A stretch of 64,000 nucleotides of DNA from Thermodesulfobacteriota bacterium (GCA_965216785.1 OZ244197.1:25120-89119); one strand, 5' to 3'. Counted from the stretch's first letter, positions 11,701-21,659 are shown. The notes: generated from the letters alone by a model not told the origin. Numbers and translations are program-made.

Positions 11701-12801
11701 AGATGGGCGATGCTGCCTACAGATATCCGCTATGTAGTCCCAGTGCTTTTCAAGCTTGCCCTGTGCTGCTTTCGTAAATGAACAAATACGAGGTGTTCCT
11801 GATTGTACCGCCCGCGCAAACTTTGCAATCGCACCTGAGTCCTGCGGCGAGGCATAGTAAACATTGTCTGATGCTTGCAACAGTGTGTATTTGCCACCTT
11901 TGGCTTCGGCAGGCCGGAGCACAGGCAAGCCATATGCTAGCGCCGAAATCGAGAGATGCAGGCTCTGGGCAATGACACCGGCGCTATGCGCTACGAGCCC
12001 GGCAATTTCAATGGGTGATGGCCACTCCGGCAGATGCTTCGCCTTTGGGAGGACTTTTAGAAAAGGCGAGACATCGTCACCGAGAGCGGGTCCGATCGGC
12101 AGCACGAGGACATCGAGATCGGAAGGCACATCAGGATGGTAGAGTAGAGCTTCTATAATTGCTACCATTGATGGGTACGCCTGAACAACGATGTATCTAT
12201 CTCTTAATTTAAGACGAGAGAGAAGGTTCTTCACCCGACTGCGTAAATCCTTTCGGGGAAAGTGGCGCGAGATTGCAAAGACGGTATCAGGAACAACACT
12301 GCACGTGCCGTCGAAACCGGCCCTGCGGAGCGCATCGACACTAGAACGATCTCGTAGAGCAACATAGTCGCTATTTTCGAGTACTAAAGGTAGGAGTTTT
12401 TCAGACCATTCTGGAAATGCATCCGACGCACTTGGCGCATTCCAAATTACCGGCAGACCTGAACCAATACCTGCAAGAGCCGGTGCGAGCCAGTATCCTG
12501 TTGGATGAGGAATCTCCGGGATCGGCGGTGCGTAGCCAGGTGCCACAGCTTTATCAAAGCGGATGAGGTGGCCCCCTCCGATCAGGATACAATCAAGCCT
12601 CTGTTGACCAGGCGGCTCCGTGTTCAAACTGGTGAGACTCTTAACGTCATAACACCATGACGGAGACCTCTTTTCATGATATGAATATCGAACAAGTTCA
12701 AAATCTTCGAGCCGTTCATTAAGCTCCCGCTCCGCGATCATTGGAAACAGCAGATCGCCGTAATTCTCGACATCAAAAGTTCCGAAGATACCAATGCGCA
12801 T
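8731..12801 (-). CDS. Four-domain glycan-modification fusion protein: polysaccharide pyruvyl transferase + coiled coil + GT2 + GT2 + sulfotransferase
   Basis: 1356 aa. N-terminus MRIGIFGTFDVENYGDLLFPMI (PS_pyruv_trans/CsaB-WcaK-like). A heptad-rich linker follows at ~aa 380-470. GT2 number 1 has FSVLMPVYN...CIVDDSS...LLDHDD. GT2 number 2 has VSVIIPTKD...IIVDNGS...LLNNDT. The C-terminus carries FFVHIPKTAGTSL (PAPS 5'-phosphosulfate-binding loop) and FFREPVQRVLSDYNH (3'-phosphate-binding motif) of a sulfotransferase. Confidence 0.75.
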   Translation of the reverse strand: MRIGIFGTFDVENYGDLLFPMIAERELNERLEDFELVRYSYHEKRSPSWCYDVKSLTSLNTEPPGQQRLDCILIGGGHLIRFDKAVAPGYAPPIPEIPHPTGYWLAPALAGIGSGLPVIWNAPSASDAFPEWSEKLLPLVLENSDYVALRDRSSVDALRRAGFDGTCSVVPDTVFAISRHFPRKDLRSRVKNLLSRLKLRDRYIVVQAYPSMVAIIEALLYHPDVPSDLDVLVLPIGPALGDDVSPFLKVLPKAKHLPEWPSPIEIAGLVAHSAGVIAQSLHLSISALAYGLPVLRPAEAKGGKYTLLQASDNVYYASPQDSGAIAKFARAVQSGTPRICSFTKAAQGKLEKHWDYIADICRQHRPSCSSSTSNPFAKTNLLLKRLEELSGEQEVLLSSDERFKILQQEKEIYKSKIYSLKSKLSESDRKNLELSKQVREQQETIANILVTWSWRITHPLRGIADLFVLLKNKVAFLYEDAGLGIELLKNEGIETFSGRLYWYLRGKRLPHEIPRTSRYFNKKNASNNIDYYKWIQGNDTLSDKDRSLIRNHIKSFDSNPKFSVLMPVYNTKGEYLRQAIDSVLGQLYENWELCIVDDSSTSMEVHNILREYEEKDSRIRPSFRQENGGISACTNTALEMASGDWIVLLDHDDLLSEHALYLVTDVINENPNAAIIYSDEDRIDSEGRRSAPYFKPDWDYDLFLGQNLISHLGAYRADLAQKVRGFREGFEGSQDWDFALRVVEIIRESEIYHIPFILYHWREIDASFSNSSSELARDAAQRLVNEHFERTNQSARANSEGHSSFQSIKRELPLKCPHVSVIIPTKDQSGLLMTCIDGLFNRTDYEPIEIIIVDNGSSEQDALEFLENVQSNNNVRVVKDPGPFNFSRLVNNGIAGSSGEVCVLLNNDTKIINPGWLDEMVSHVIRAEVGAVGAKLYYSDNTLQHGGVILGIEGVASHVHRYADREFPGYFCRLMLTHSLSCVTAACMAVRREVFDEIGGLNEKDLAVAFNDVDFCIRIRQAGYKIIWTPHAELYHLESKSRGYDSEPEKLNRFKKEISYMRTKWGYTLDNDPFYNPNLSLYSSSFEIAQSTKVYKPWLESAVSEYINDNSATSVNTLKTFQPGARREDTFDISFKDPIFFVHIPKTAGTSLRNGIEETYGEEYIAYDYGIDESLTSPCIRQFVYESNDLKSLRNRLVSEGKIFIIGHYPIIRYRGIVNPERCIVFFREPVQRVLSDYNHFVNHHGYKGTLLEFVHTEKFQNRQFEFINGLIPEDIGFIGITEQYKKSLHLLNANFGLDIPYLVRNVGKNYIEKVQNLDLNLMNLITELNSLDFELYQKALRLFNSRYADLINHRK

Positions 12802-12985
12802 ATGTGTCTCACAAAGTTACTTCAGAGGAATTTGTAAAAATTTGAGTTTTAAATTCATGCTTCTCTTATTTTTATCCTTTTGCACTAAATTAGTCTGTCT
12901 GTTTTAAAAAAGAAATACAATACTCATTATTTCCTGAACATTACGAACAAAACGGTTCGGAAACTATTTCCCCCTCATAATGAGT

Positions 12986-13065
12986 ACAGAATGCAGTTTA
13001 AACTCAGCCTCGGTGTTGTACCCATAATCTGTTATTAGTGACCTGCAGAAAAATCAAGTATAATG
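12986..13065. repeat. Direct repeat copy 2 (non-coding remnant of the GT2 3' end)
   Basis: See 7671-7750. Together the two copies bracket the ~5.2 kb segment carrying the methyltransferase and the 1356-aa fusion gene. Confidence 0.6.
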
Positions 13066-13102
13066 AATTCGCATTCTCACCCCTAACAGGCACATATTAT
13101 CA

Positions 13103-13876
13103 ATGATTAAAAGAGTAATACCCTATAAAGACCTCTTCATAGTCTACGTATGGAGAGAATATAATATAAGATACCGCCATTCCATCATGGGATTCCTGTG
13201 GGCTATTATTCAGCCCTTGAGCATGATGCTTCTCTTTACATTCGTTTTCACATACATATTGAAGATACAGACATCGGACTACCCGATAGCAATATTCTTT
13301 TACGCGGGACTCTTGCCTTGGACCTTTTTTTCTTCTTCAGTGAATTATTCTGTTTCAAGCCTTTCTGACAACTTTGATATAATTACAAAGATTTATTTCC
13401 CCAGGGAAATACTTCCACTCTCTGGAATATCCGTGGCTTTTGTCGATTACCTCATAGCCTCGCTCATATTTATACCTATGCTTGTAATATATAAAATCCA
13501 AATCACATTAAATGTGCTCTGGATCATCCCTCTTTTCATTCTCCTATTTATATTTACAATATCGATGTCTCTTTTGCTATCGAGCTTAAATGTGTATTAC
13601 AGAGACGTAAAACTTGCAATTGGGTTTTTGATACAACTTTTATTCTTTGCTTCTCCGATTCTTTATTCAATTGATGACCTGAGCATCAAGCTTAAATTGA
13701 TACTATTGCTCAACCCTCTTACATTTATTATTGAAAATATGAGAAGATGCTTGATTGAGGGGCGAGGAGTGGTGTTGTGGCAGTTTTTAATAGCTGCATT
13801 ATTGGTATTAGCATTCTTTTATCTAGCACATAAATTTTTCATAAAAACAGAAAGGGATTTTGCAGATGTCATCTAA
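13103..13876 (+). CDS. wzm: ABC-2 type polysaccharide/O-antigen exporter permease
   Basis: 257 aa with six predicted TM segments and the ABC-2 signature region. Its end overlaps the following ATPase gene by 17 nt. Confidence 0.8.
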   Translation: MIKRVIPYKDLFIVYVWREYNIRYRHSIMGFLWAIIQPLSMMLLFTFVFTYILKIQTSDYPIAIFFYAGLLPWTFFSSSVNYSVSSLSDNFDIITKIYFPREILPLSGISVAFVDYLIASLIFIPMLVIYKIQITLNVLWIIPLFILLFIFTISMSLLLSSLNVYYRDVKLAIGFLIQLLFFASPILYSIDDLSIKLKLILLLNPLTFIIENMRRCLIEGRGVVLWQFLIAALLVLAFFYLAHKFFIKTERDFADVI

Positions 13877-14597
13877 CACAGTCATAGAGTTTCAAGACGT
13901 GTGGAAGAAATACTCCACACAGGACATTTTCCATAAATCCATAAGGGATGAGATCGCCAATATATTTTCCAAGACCGACAGAGAAAACCTCGGGCACGGA
14001 GAGTTTTGGGCTTTAAAGGGGATTAGTATGTCGATAAAAAGGGGTGAGTGCATAGGATTATACGGACCCAATGGTTCTGGAAAATCTACGATTTTAAAAC
14101 TGATAGCATCAGTCACTTTTCCAAACAGAGGAGAGGTTAAAGTGGGAGGCAGAATAGCCCCGTTAATATCTGTAGGTGCTGGCTTTCATCCTGATCTTAC
14201 AGGAAGAGAGAATATTTACACCAATGGAACTATAATTGGAATGACTATCAAAGAAGTAAGAGATAAAATAGAGGATATCGTTCAATTCTCGGATATCGAT
14301 GAGAAGTTTATTGATATGCCAGTTAAGAAATATTCAACCGGTATGAATGCGCGGCTTGGCTTTTCTATTGCAATTCACAGTAGTGCGGAGATAATATTAA
14401 TCGACGAAATACTCGCTGTTGGAGATGAAGCTTTTCAGAAAAAATGTCTAACTAAGATCGAAGAGCTAATTGAGAAAAAAAGAACCATAATTATCGTGTC
14501 TCATAATAAAGACAGGCTCCGAGAATTGACTCACAGAATATTATTTATTCAAACAGGTGAAATAATTGATTCAGAATACCAAGAAAAGGTACTATAA
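13860..14597 (+). CDS. wzt: ABC exporter ATP-binding protein (short Wzt lacking the C-terminal glycan-binding domain)
   Basis: Walker A GPNGSGKST, signature YSTGMNARLGF, Walker B IILIDEILAVGD. At 245 aa it has no carbohydrate-binding extension. Confidence 0.85.
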   Translation: MQMSSNTVIEFQDVWKKYSTQDIFHKSIRDEIANIFSKTDRENLGHGEFWALKGISMSIKRGECIGLYGPNGSGKSTILKLIASVTFPNRGEVKVGGRIAPLISVGAGFHPDLTGRENIYTNGTIIGMTIKEVRDKIEDIVQFSDIDEKFIDMPVKKYSTGMNARLGFSIAIHSSAEIILIDEILAVGDEAFQKKCLTKIEELIEKKRTIIIVSHNKDRLRELTHRILFIQTGEIIDSEYQEKVL

Positions 14598-14626
14598 TTT
14601 ATGTCATCACATTATTCAAAGAGGAT

Positions 14627-16054
14627 ATGATGGGATATAACCCAAAAGTAGCAATCGTAATAGTTACATGGAACAAAAAGAAGTATGTAGTAGATCTACT
14701 GAACTCACTAAAAGACATTAACTATAAAAACTATGAAATATTTGTAGTAGATAATGCGTCTACAGACGATACTTGCAAAGTAATAAAAGAAAAGTATCCA
14801 TATGTGGATTTAATAGAGAATGAGGAAAATCTTGGGGGAACCGGCGGATTTAACACTGGGATGAAGTACGTTCTTGAGAAGGGCGGCTATAAGTATATAT
14901 GGCTCTTGGATAACGATGCAGTGGTAGAGAAAGATACACTAATCGAGCTTGTTAAAGTTATGGAAAACGACAACGGCGTAGGTATTACAGGTTCTATAAT
15001 AATGGAACCTGACAAGGAAATGATAGTTGAGCTCGGAGCATATGTATCATGGTCTATTGGAACATGGAAGCCAAATATGCGGAATAACAGAATAAGCAAA
15101 ATGGAGCATCTCGAGAATGCAGAGGTCGATTATGTAGCTGCGTGCTCGTCTCTAGTACGTACTGAAGTTCTTGAAGAAATCGGAGTAATGGATGAAAGAT
15201 ATTTTATACATTGGGATGATATTGACCTCTCTCTGAGAGCCAAGGCTGCCGGTTATAAGGTAATGGCATCACCAAAGTCTAAAGCTTATCACGGGATCGA
15301 GGACAAACCCATTAACCCTCTAATGTCATATTATGACATTAGAAACGGGCTACTTACAATCACAAAACATCAAGACGGTTTAAGCAGGTTTATATATATA
15401 ATGAACATGCTGAGGGGAACGAGTAAGGGTATCGTATACTCTATGTTAAGCGGACTTCACAATACTTCTAAGCTCCTGATTCGTGGGCCTATAGATTTCA
15501 TAAGGGGCAAATTTTATAAAACTAATATTCAGGTGATCAAAAGTGAATATGATGACCCGAAAGTTAGAAAATATAAAATAGAAGATTTACCGCTCAATAA
15601 TAATTCTAAAGTGATAATTCAACCTAATGCAAGCTACGCAGTCATTAAAAATATGGTACAAGAACTAAGAGAACTATATCCCGACTGCCATATTAGCTTA
15701 CTGATACAGCAAGACAGACAAGAGCTTTTTAAAGGCCTTAAGATTGACCGTTTTATTACTTTTGAAGGATACAGACAATCAACTATACAAACTATTTCGG
15801 TACTCAACAAGATACTACAATCGAATTATGATATTTGCATCAGCCCAAGCCGTTCACTTCTTCCGTTCTCACATGCTGTAAAAAAATACTTCTTGTATGA
15901 TCATCAAAATGACTATTTTGTAAAGAGTAATGAAAATTTATTTGCATCCTGGAAGCTCTTCGTATCATTCTTTGCGGGGGAGTTACTAGCATTTATTCTT
16001 TTACCCTTCGTATATCTTAAGAGCTTTCAATATGAGACAGTAAAGAGCTCTTAA
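14627..16054 (+). CDS. Glycosyltransferase family 2 (rhamnosyltransferase-like) with ~230-aa C-terminal domain of unknown function
   Basis: N-terminal GT-A motifs: VIVTWNKK, FVVDNASTDDT, LLDNDAVV. The C-terminal half has no recognisable motif. Confidence 0.7.
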   Translation: MMGYNPKVAIVIVTWNKKKYVVDLLNSLKDINYKNYEIFVVDNASTDDTCKVIKEKYPYVDLIENEENLGGTGGFNTGMKYVLEKGGYKYIWLLDNDAVVEKDTLIELVKVMENDNGVGITGSIIMEPDKEMIVELGAYVSWSIGTWKPNMRNNRISKMEHLENAEVDYVAACSSLVRTEVLEEIGVMDERYFIHWDDIDLSLRAKAAGYKVMASPKSKAYHGIEDKPINPLMSYYDIRNGLLTITKHQDGLSRFIYIMNMLRGTSKGIVYSMLSGLHNTSKLLIRGPIDFIRGKFYKTNIQVIKSEYDDPKVRKYKIEDLPLNNNSKVIIQPNASYAVIKNMVQELRELYPDCHISLLIQQDRQELFKGLKIDRFITFEGYRQSTIQTISVLNKILQSNYDICISPSRSLLPFSHAVKKYFLYDHQNDYFVKSNENLFASWKLFVSFFAGELLAFILLPFVYLKSFQYETVKSS

Positions 16055-16108
16055 CTTACATCCACAAAATTATTTGAGAGAAACAAATTGATTTAGAGAT
16101 AACAGGCT

Positions 16109-17020
16109 ATGTACTCTAAATTACCAAACTTTTTCATAGTAGGTGCTGCAAAATCAGGCACAACATCAATTTTTGCATATCTGTCTCAACACCCAGAAAT
16201 TTTTTTTAGCCCTCTTAAAGAGCCTAAGTTCTTTTCTGTCTCAGCAAACACATTTCCTCATAAAGGACCTGGTGATAGTGAAGTTGACAATACTATAATT
16301 AAAGATAAGCACGATTACCTTAATCTGTTTAAAGGTGCTAAAGATGAAAAAGTCATTGGGGAAGCTTCAGCTGATTATTTATATTTCTATAAGATTGCAG
16401 CACCTTTGATATACGAATGCAACCCTAATGCAAAGATACTTATAATTCTGAGAAACCCGGCTGAAAGAGCCTTTTCCGCTTATCGACACATGCTGAAAGA
16501 CAAAAGAGAAAGCCTCTCATTTGAAAACGCCATTGAAGCTGAAGAAAGTAGGATGGACAATAATTATGAGTTCATATGGTTTTACAAAGACGTTGGTCAT
16601 TACTATCACCAAGTCCTGGAATATTTAAAGACTTTCAATAAAGGTTCAGTAAAAATTTGCCTTTTCGAGGATTTAACAAAGAATTCAAGCGAAGTTACAA
16701 GGGAAATTTTAAAGTTCCTTGAAGTTGATGAGTGCTTCTCACCGGATATAAGCGAAAAACATAATGTATCGGAGATAAAACTTAACGAGTCGTTAGACCA
16801 ATTCCTAAGCAGGTATAATCATCCTGTTAAAAATTTGCTTCGCCCCTTATTCCTCAACACTTTAGGTAAAGATAATACAGAAAGATTAGTGAATTATTTC
16901 AAAGGTAAGAATGTTCTTAGAATGAGATCAAAAACGAGGAAATCCCTGATTAATTTATACAGGGATGATATTATAAAACTCCAAGATTTAATAAAGCGTG
17001 ATCTATCGTCTTGGCTTTAA
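16109..17020 (+). CDS. Sulfotransferase (PAPS-dependent, carbohydrate sulfotransferase-like)
   Basis: 5'-PSB loop FIVGAAKSGTTS and 3'-PB motif ILRNPAERAFSAY. 303 aa. Confidence 0.8.
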   Translation: MYSKLPNFFIVGAAKSGTTSIFAYLSQHPEIFFSPLKEPKFFSVSANTFPHKGPGDSEVDNTIIKDKHDYLNLFKGAKDEKVIGEASADYLYFYKIAAPLIYECNPNAKILIILRNPAERAFSAYRHMLKDKRESLSFENAIEAEESRMDNNYEFIWFYKDVGHYYHQVLEYLKTFNKGSVKICLFEDLTKNSSEVTREILKFLEVDECFSPDISEKHNVSEIKLNESLDQFLSRYNHPVKNLLRPLFLNTLGKDNTERLVNYFKGKNVLRMRSKTRKSLINLYRDDIIKLQDLIKRDLSSWL

Positions 17021-17090
17021 TTACTAGCATAATAACTTAGTAATGAAGGCTCTGAAATACAATTCCAGTTCTTGACCTCACGTACGAATT

Positions 17091-18401
17091 CTATCTCCCA
17101 AACGCCCCACCTATGAAAAACCCGTCCTTTATGGACTCGGCAATGCCTTGGAACACCCACCTGCCATAGCGGCCTATCTGATAGACTCCTTTTTTCTCAA
17201 GCTCTTTTATGGCATCTTCGCGCCAGCTGGAACCCGGCATAGACCAAGTGTAAGCAACGTCTATCCACGTAGGGTCTACAGTCTCGGCTTTGGTAATAAA
17301 TCCCCAGGATTTAAGCTCTTTTACTACGGAGTCTGAGTATTTTTTGATCTCTTTTGCGCTTGGCTTTTTACCGTTTTGGTAGGCTTTTTCAACATATATG
17401 CTCACTCGGTTATTGGCTTTCCTTGAACTTTTGGGCATAAAAGAAACATCTACATTTGTATAGAACCCAACCCTGTGAAACTTGGAATCGCTATCTGGGA
17501 TGTAGAGCCAGTGATCCTCGGGACATTTTCTGCCTTTAGTAGCGCCGATATTGAGTACCAGAACCGAAGTGTAATTGGATGGCTCCTGATCGATTTTTAC
17601 TCCCGCCATCTCCATAGCTTTATTTAGCGGCAGGGTAGATATAAGGCTTTTATAATGCGATCCCGAGCCGTCTGAAAAAATTACTTCCTTCTTCTTTGTA
17701 TTTATTTCAGCTACTTGTTTGTCATAGTTTACTTTGCAGTCTGCAGCCATTTTCTGGGCCATGGTGTTAAGACCTTGCTTTGGATATAGATACGTAACGT
17801 TGTATCCGACAGCGGGTGGAGCTTTGTCCATTGCCCCCTGCACTGCCACTTTAAGATCCACAGGGGATTTATAGGCGTCCTGAGGGGCAATATCAGTCCA
17901 TAGTCCTGCCGTATAGAGTTCGTGAAACGGGGCGAAGAAAAGCTCCATTAGCGTTTTTCCAAAACTCTTCTCGAGCCAGTCCCCCATTGTCCGGGGGGTA
18001 CCTTCCGGAGCGTTTATAATCTCGCTGATAGCTAGTGACGCTGTCTTTTTCCCTAGGTAGCTCAAATGGTTTTGTATTGGATATGGAACATAAAGGTCTT
18101 GTTTACTAAAATAGACTGCCGATTTTCTCTTGTACGATTTAACCGGAGTAAGTGATTTAATATAACGCAGTATCGCGGGGTCGCCGCCGAAAATCCAGTG
18201 TCCCCCGCCTATCTCGAACCTGTAGGCTTCCTCATCTTCAGGCGCTTTAAAGAGCTTCTTATTGCTCCCTGGTTTTAAATAATACGAAGAGCAGATTCCA
18301 CCCGGCACGTCCTGTGCTTCAAATACCGGCAGACCGGAAACAAGTCCCGCGGCAAGACCCGTAATCCCGCCGCCTAAAATTAGATTGTTAGAGTTTTTCA
18401 C
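17091..18401 (-). CDS. FAD/NAD(P)-binding oxidoreductase (amine-oxidase / UDP-galactopyranose-mutase superfamily)
   Basis: N-terminal dinucleotide-binding motif ILGGGITGLAAG...FEAQDVPGG. 436 aa. Confidence 0.6.
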   Translation of the reverse strand: MKNSNNLILGGGITGLAAGLVSGLPVFEAQDVPGGICSSYYLKPGSNKKLFKAPEDEEAYRFEIGGGHWIFGGDPAILRYIKSLTPVKSYKRKSAVYFSKQDLYVPYPIQNHLSYLGKKTASLAISEIINAPEGTPRTMGDWLEKSFGKTLMELFFAPFHELYTAGLWTDIAPQDAYKSPVDLKVAVQGAMDKAPPAVGYNVTYLYPKQGLNTMAQKMAADCKVNYDKQVAEINTKKKEVIFSDGSGSHYKSLISTLPLNKAMEMAGVKIDQEPSNYTSVLVLNIGATKGRKCPEDHWLYIPDSDSKFHRVGFYTNVDVSFMPKSSRKANNRVSIYVEKAYQNGKKPSAKEIKKYSDSVVKELKSWGFITKAETVDPTWIDVAYTWSMPGSSWREDAIKELEKKGVYQIGRYGRWVFQGIAESIKDGFFIGGAFGR

Positions 18402-18517
18402 TTTAATTTTTTCCGTCCTCCATAAAAGTTAGATCAATATATAACATGTTTAAGCCAAAGATTACAAATTTCGCACGTACACAAAATTTGGCAGAGCGGC
18501 CAGCAGTACTTTCAGAG

Positions 18518-20509
18518 CTAGATTACCGCTGTAATATTTCCCCACTTATCTACTTCACATTTATATTCAGGTGTAATAAATAGGGTCGAGGTTTTCTCTA
18601 GTACAATTGCAGGACCTCTGAATTTAAATCCCGGGTAAAACTCCTCCCTCCTATATATCTTAGCGTTTATTTCTTTGCCGCTTAAAATAAGAGTGCTTTT
18701 GATAAAGCTCGCTTTTCTCTTTGTTGCTATAAGCTCGGGCTGTGCGAGTTTCTTTTTCTTGCTGACTGCTCTTAAACGGAGTGTGACGACCTCGGTTTCA
18801 CTTTCGGTCTTCATATATCCAAATAGCTTTTTGTGCTTTTTATGGAATGCTCTTATGAAATTCTTACCGAAGGGTATTGTAATTTCATGGGCCTGCCTCT
18901 TATATCTCATATCGAGAAAGCGCTCGAATTTTAACTTGCCGCCCCCTATATCATCTTGAGCTTTACGCTCTAATTGTTTGAAACTCCCTTGAATTTTAGA
19001 GAGCGTTGCCTGTTTCTCAGTTAAGAATCTAGTTAAACTGTAGTCCCTGAACGTATCCGCCATAAGCATACCCATAGCGGACAAAACTCCCGGGTCTTTT
19101 GGAAATATCACGGTGTTAATCTCCATATCCCGGGCAAGCTCGCACGAGTGAAGACCTCCAGCTCCGCCAAAAGATACAAGGGCAAAATCCCTTGGATCGT
19201 AACCCCTGCCAATCGAGATAACCCGAAGCGCCCTTTCCATGTTTGCGTTTGCTACCTTGATAACACCTTCGGACACTTCACGAATAGTCATTTTCAGATC
19301 TCTGGCGAGCTTACCTAGCGCAGTTTTAGACTTAGATAGATAAATCCTCATCTGCCCTCCGAGAAACCATTTCGGATCAATCCTGCCAAGAACGACATTT
19401 GCATCCGTTACAGTCGGGAAAGAACCCTTACCATAACAGGCCGGTCCGGGATCGGCGCCCGCGCTTTCGGGACCTACTTTAAGCACTCCCCCAGAATCAA
19501 CATAGGCAATTGAGCCTCCTCCCGCCCCAATTGTCGTGACATCAATCATAGGGACTTTGATGGCAACTCCGTCAATGTGCATCTCTGTAGTAAACCCTGG
19601 AGCGTTGTCACAGAGGGAAACGTCTGTTGACGTTCCTCCCATATCGTAACCAATAACCTTGCTATAACCCATTTCCCTAGCGACTCCGAAGCTCCCTACT
19701 ACGCCCCCCGCGGGACCTGAAAGAAGTATCCTCACGGGTTCATCCGCCGCTTGATCGGGTGTTATGACACCACCGCTTGACTGCATAATAGATACCTGGT
19801 TCTTATTTTGGCCATTCCCAAGCTTTTTATCCAGGTTATTGTTTTTGTTGATGTTTTCTGAGAGAGCAGTCATATAAGACCTTACTTTTGGAAGGAGATA
19901 AGAGTTTGCGACAACAGTTGAGGTCCTCTCATATTCCCTGAACTCAGGCAGTATCTCCGATGAAACTGAGACCGGTATATTGAGGCTTCTCAAATACTCC
20001 GCTACTCTCTTTTCATTTTCGGGATTCGCGTAGGAATGTAGAAATGATAGCGCAATACCTTCTACTCGGAGCTCCTTAAGTTTAATAAGAAGCTTTTTTA
20101 AATCAGCCGCTTTAACCTCTAATTCGACTCTACCCTCAAAAGTGGTTCTTTCCTTTATTCCCAACCTGCAGTTTTTGTCCACTAGCGGCTTTGGAGCTTC
20201 CCAGAAAATATCGTAGAGCTCACCCCTGTTCTGTCTTCCGATTTCGATTACGTCTTCGAATCCCTCAGTTGTAATGAGCGCAAGACGCGCGCCTTTTCTC
20301 TCAAGAAGGGCATTTGTTGCAACAGTGCTTCCGTGGACAATGTTTAGCCCTACTCCTCGGGTATCGCCCTCAGTAATGTGTGCGAGCCCCGACAAGATAG
20401 CCTTTGAGGGATCTTCAGGGGTTGATGGTACTTTATAAGTTCGGAGCTCCGAGCCGTCATATACAACGAAGTCTGTAAATGTCCCTCCGGTATCTATGCC
20501 GATAAGCAT
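18518..20509 (-). CDS. Hydantoinase/oxoprolinase A-family protein
   Basis: N-terminal [15 protein letters not shown] (the HyuA/oxoprolinase acetate-sugar-kinase-like motif). 663 aa. No hyuB partner is adjacent. Confidence 0.75.
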   Translation of the reverse strand: MLIGIDTGGTFTDFVVYDGSELRTYKVPSTPEDPSKAILSGLAHITEGDTRGVGLNIVHGSTVATNALLERKGARLALITTEGFEDVIEIGRQNRGELYDIFWEAPKPLVDKNCRLGIKERTTFEGRVELEVKAADLKKLLIKLKELRVEGIALSFLHSYANPENEKRVAEYLRSLNIPVSVSSEILPEFREYERTSTVVANSYLLPKVRSYMTALSENINKNNNLDKKLGNGQNKNQVSIMQSSGGVITPDQAADEPVRILLSGPAGGVVGSFGVAREMGYSKVIGYDMGGTSTDVSLCDNAPGFTTEMHIDGVAIKVPMIDVTTIGAGGGSIAYVDSGGVLKVGPESAGADPGPACYGKGSFPTVTDANVVLGRIDPKWFLGGQMRIYLSKSKTALGKLARDLKMTIREVSEGVIKVANANMERALRVISIGRGYDPRDFALVSFGGAGGLHSCELARDMEINTVIFPKDPGVLSAMGMLMADTFRDYSLTRFLTEKQATLSKIQGSFKQLERKAQDDIGGGKLKFERFLDMRYKRQAHEITIPFGKNFIRAFHKKHKKLFGYMKTESETEVVTLRLRAVSKKKKLAQPELIATKRKASFIKSTLILSGKEINAKIYRREEFYPGFKFRGPAIVLEKTSTLFITPEYKCEVDKWGNITAVI

Positions 20510-20644
20510 TTAGGTATATAGACTCCTCTTATTCAGATTCTAGTAAGGAGAATCTCTGTATTACAAGTATTATTAGAAGTATTAAATCGAAATTTAGTAG
20601 GGAACAGATCAGAAAGTACATTCCTTAATCAGTTCGAAGGAAAT

Positions 20645-20854
20645 CTAATATTCGTCCTGACCTACAGGGTATACAACTTTAACTTTATCCTCTGCAATCT
20701 CTCTTAAAGCTGTAACAACGTCCTTATTGTCAGTTTCTTCAGAAAGAGGAACAGCACCTTTAACCAGGAGTCTCGCTCTTTTCATCGCCGCTACAGATAG
20801 TGCGAATCTGTTAACAACCTTCTCTAAACAATCTTCAATGGTTACTCTTGCCAT
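20645..20854 (-). CDS. rpoZ: DNA-directed RNA polymerase subunit omega
   Basis: 69 aa. [30 protein letters not shown] matches the RpoZ consensus. Confidence 0.85.
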   Translation of the reverse strand: MARVTIEDCLEKVVNRFALSVAAMKRARLLVKGAVPLSEETDNKDVVTALREIAEDKVKVVYPVGQDEY

Positions 20855-20986
20855 TTGTATTCCTCTCAGTAGGGGGTTTTTATTACTACTAAAATATAAG
20901 TGAATACAGCAGATATGTAAAGAGACTGGGCCGTGGTCTCGGAATTAGCCCATTATTTAGTTAATATTACATCCGGAGGTAATAAA

Positions 20987-21652
20987 ATGGATTTAGATGA
21001 TATCAAGTTTGACGATAAAGGCCTGGTTCCCGTAATAGTACAGGACGCCGGTAACGGACAGGTGCTAATGTTTGCCTACGCGAACAAAGAATCACTTCAA
21101 AAAACAGTAGAGACCGGAAATACTCATTTCTGGAGCCGCTCCCGGGAAAAGCTCTGGATGAAGGGGGAAGAATCGGGAAACACGCAAACTGTAAAAGCCA
21201 TGTATATAGACTGCGATAACGACACAGTACTGGTAGAGGTGGAGCAAAAAGGGGTTGCATGCCACACGGGACAACGCACATGTTTTTACCGATCAGCTAA
21301 AAAGGTAGAAGAAAGTGCTCCTAGCTTTGTAGAAGACTCAGCAGGAAAAACCCTCCGGGATGTATACAACGTCATAGACGATAGAAAGCGCAACCCTAAA
21401 GAAGGCTCGTACGTGAGCGGACTCTTTGAGAAGGGGCTTGATAAAATACTAAAGAAAGTAGGCGAAGAAGCGGCAGAAGTTATAATCGCTTCAAAGAACA
21501 GTGATAAAAAAGAGATTATTTACGAGACCGCGGACCTATGGTTTCACTCCTTGATTACGCTCTCATATGCCGAAATCTCTCCCGAGGATATATATGGGGA
21601 GCTAGGCAGAAGGTTCGGAAAGCCCAAGGAAGCCTACAGAGAAGAATCTTGA
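20987..21652 (+). CDS. hisIE: Bifunctional phosphoribosyl-AMP cyclohydrolase / phosphoribosyl-ATP pyrophosphatase
   Basis: HisI core LVPVIVQD...WSRSR.KLW.KGE.SGN...DCD.D..L..V...G.ACHTG..CF is followed by a HisE MazG-like C-terminal half. Start chosen at the ATG 7 nt after GGAGG (20975-20979). Confidence 0.85.
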   Translation: MDLDDIKFDDKGLVPVIVQDAGNGQVLMFAYANKESLQKTVETGNTHFWSRSREKLWMKGEESGNTQTVKAMYIDCDNDTVLVEVEQKGVACHTGQRTCFYRSAKKVEESAPSFVEDSAGKTLRDVYNVIDDRKRNPKEGSYVSGLFEKGLDKILKKVGEEAAEVIIASKNSDKKEIIYETADLWFHSLITLSYAEISPEDIYGELGRRFGKPKEAYREES

Positions 21653-21659
21653 TAGTATT

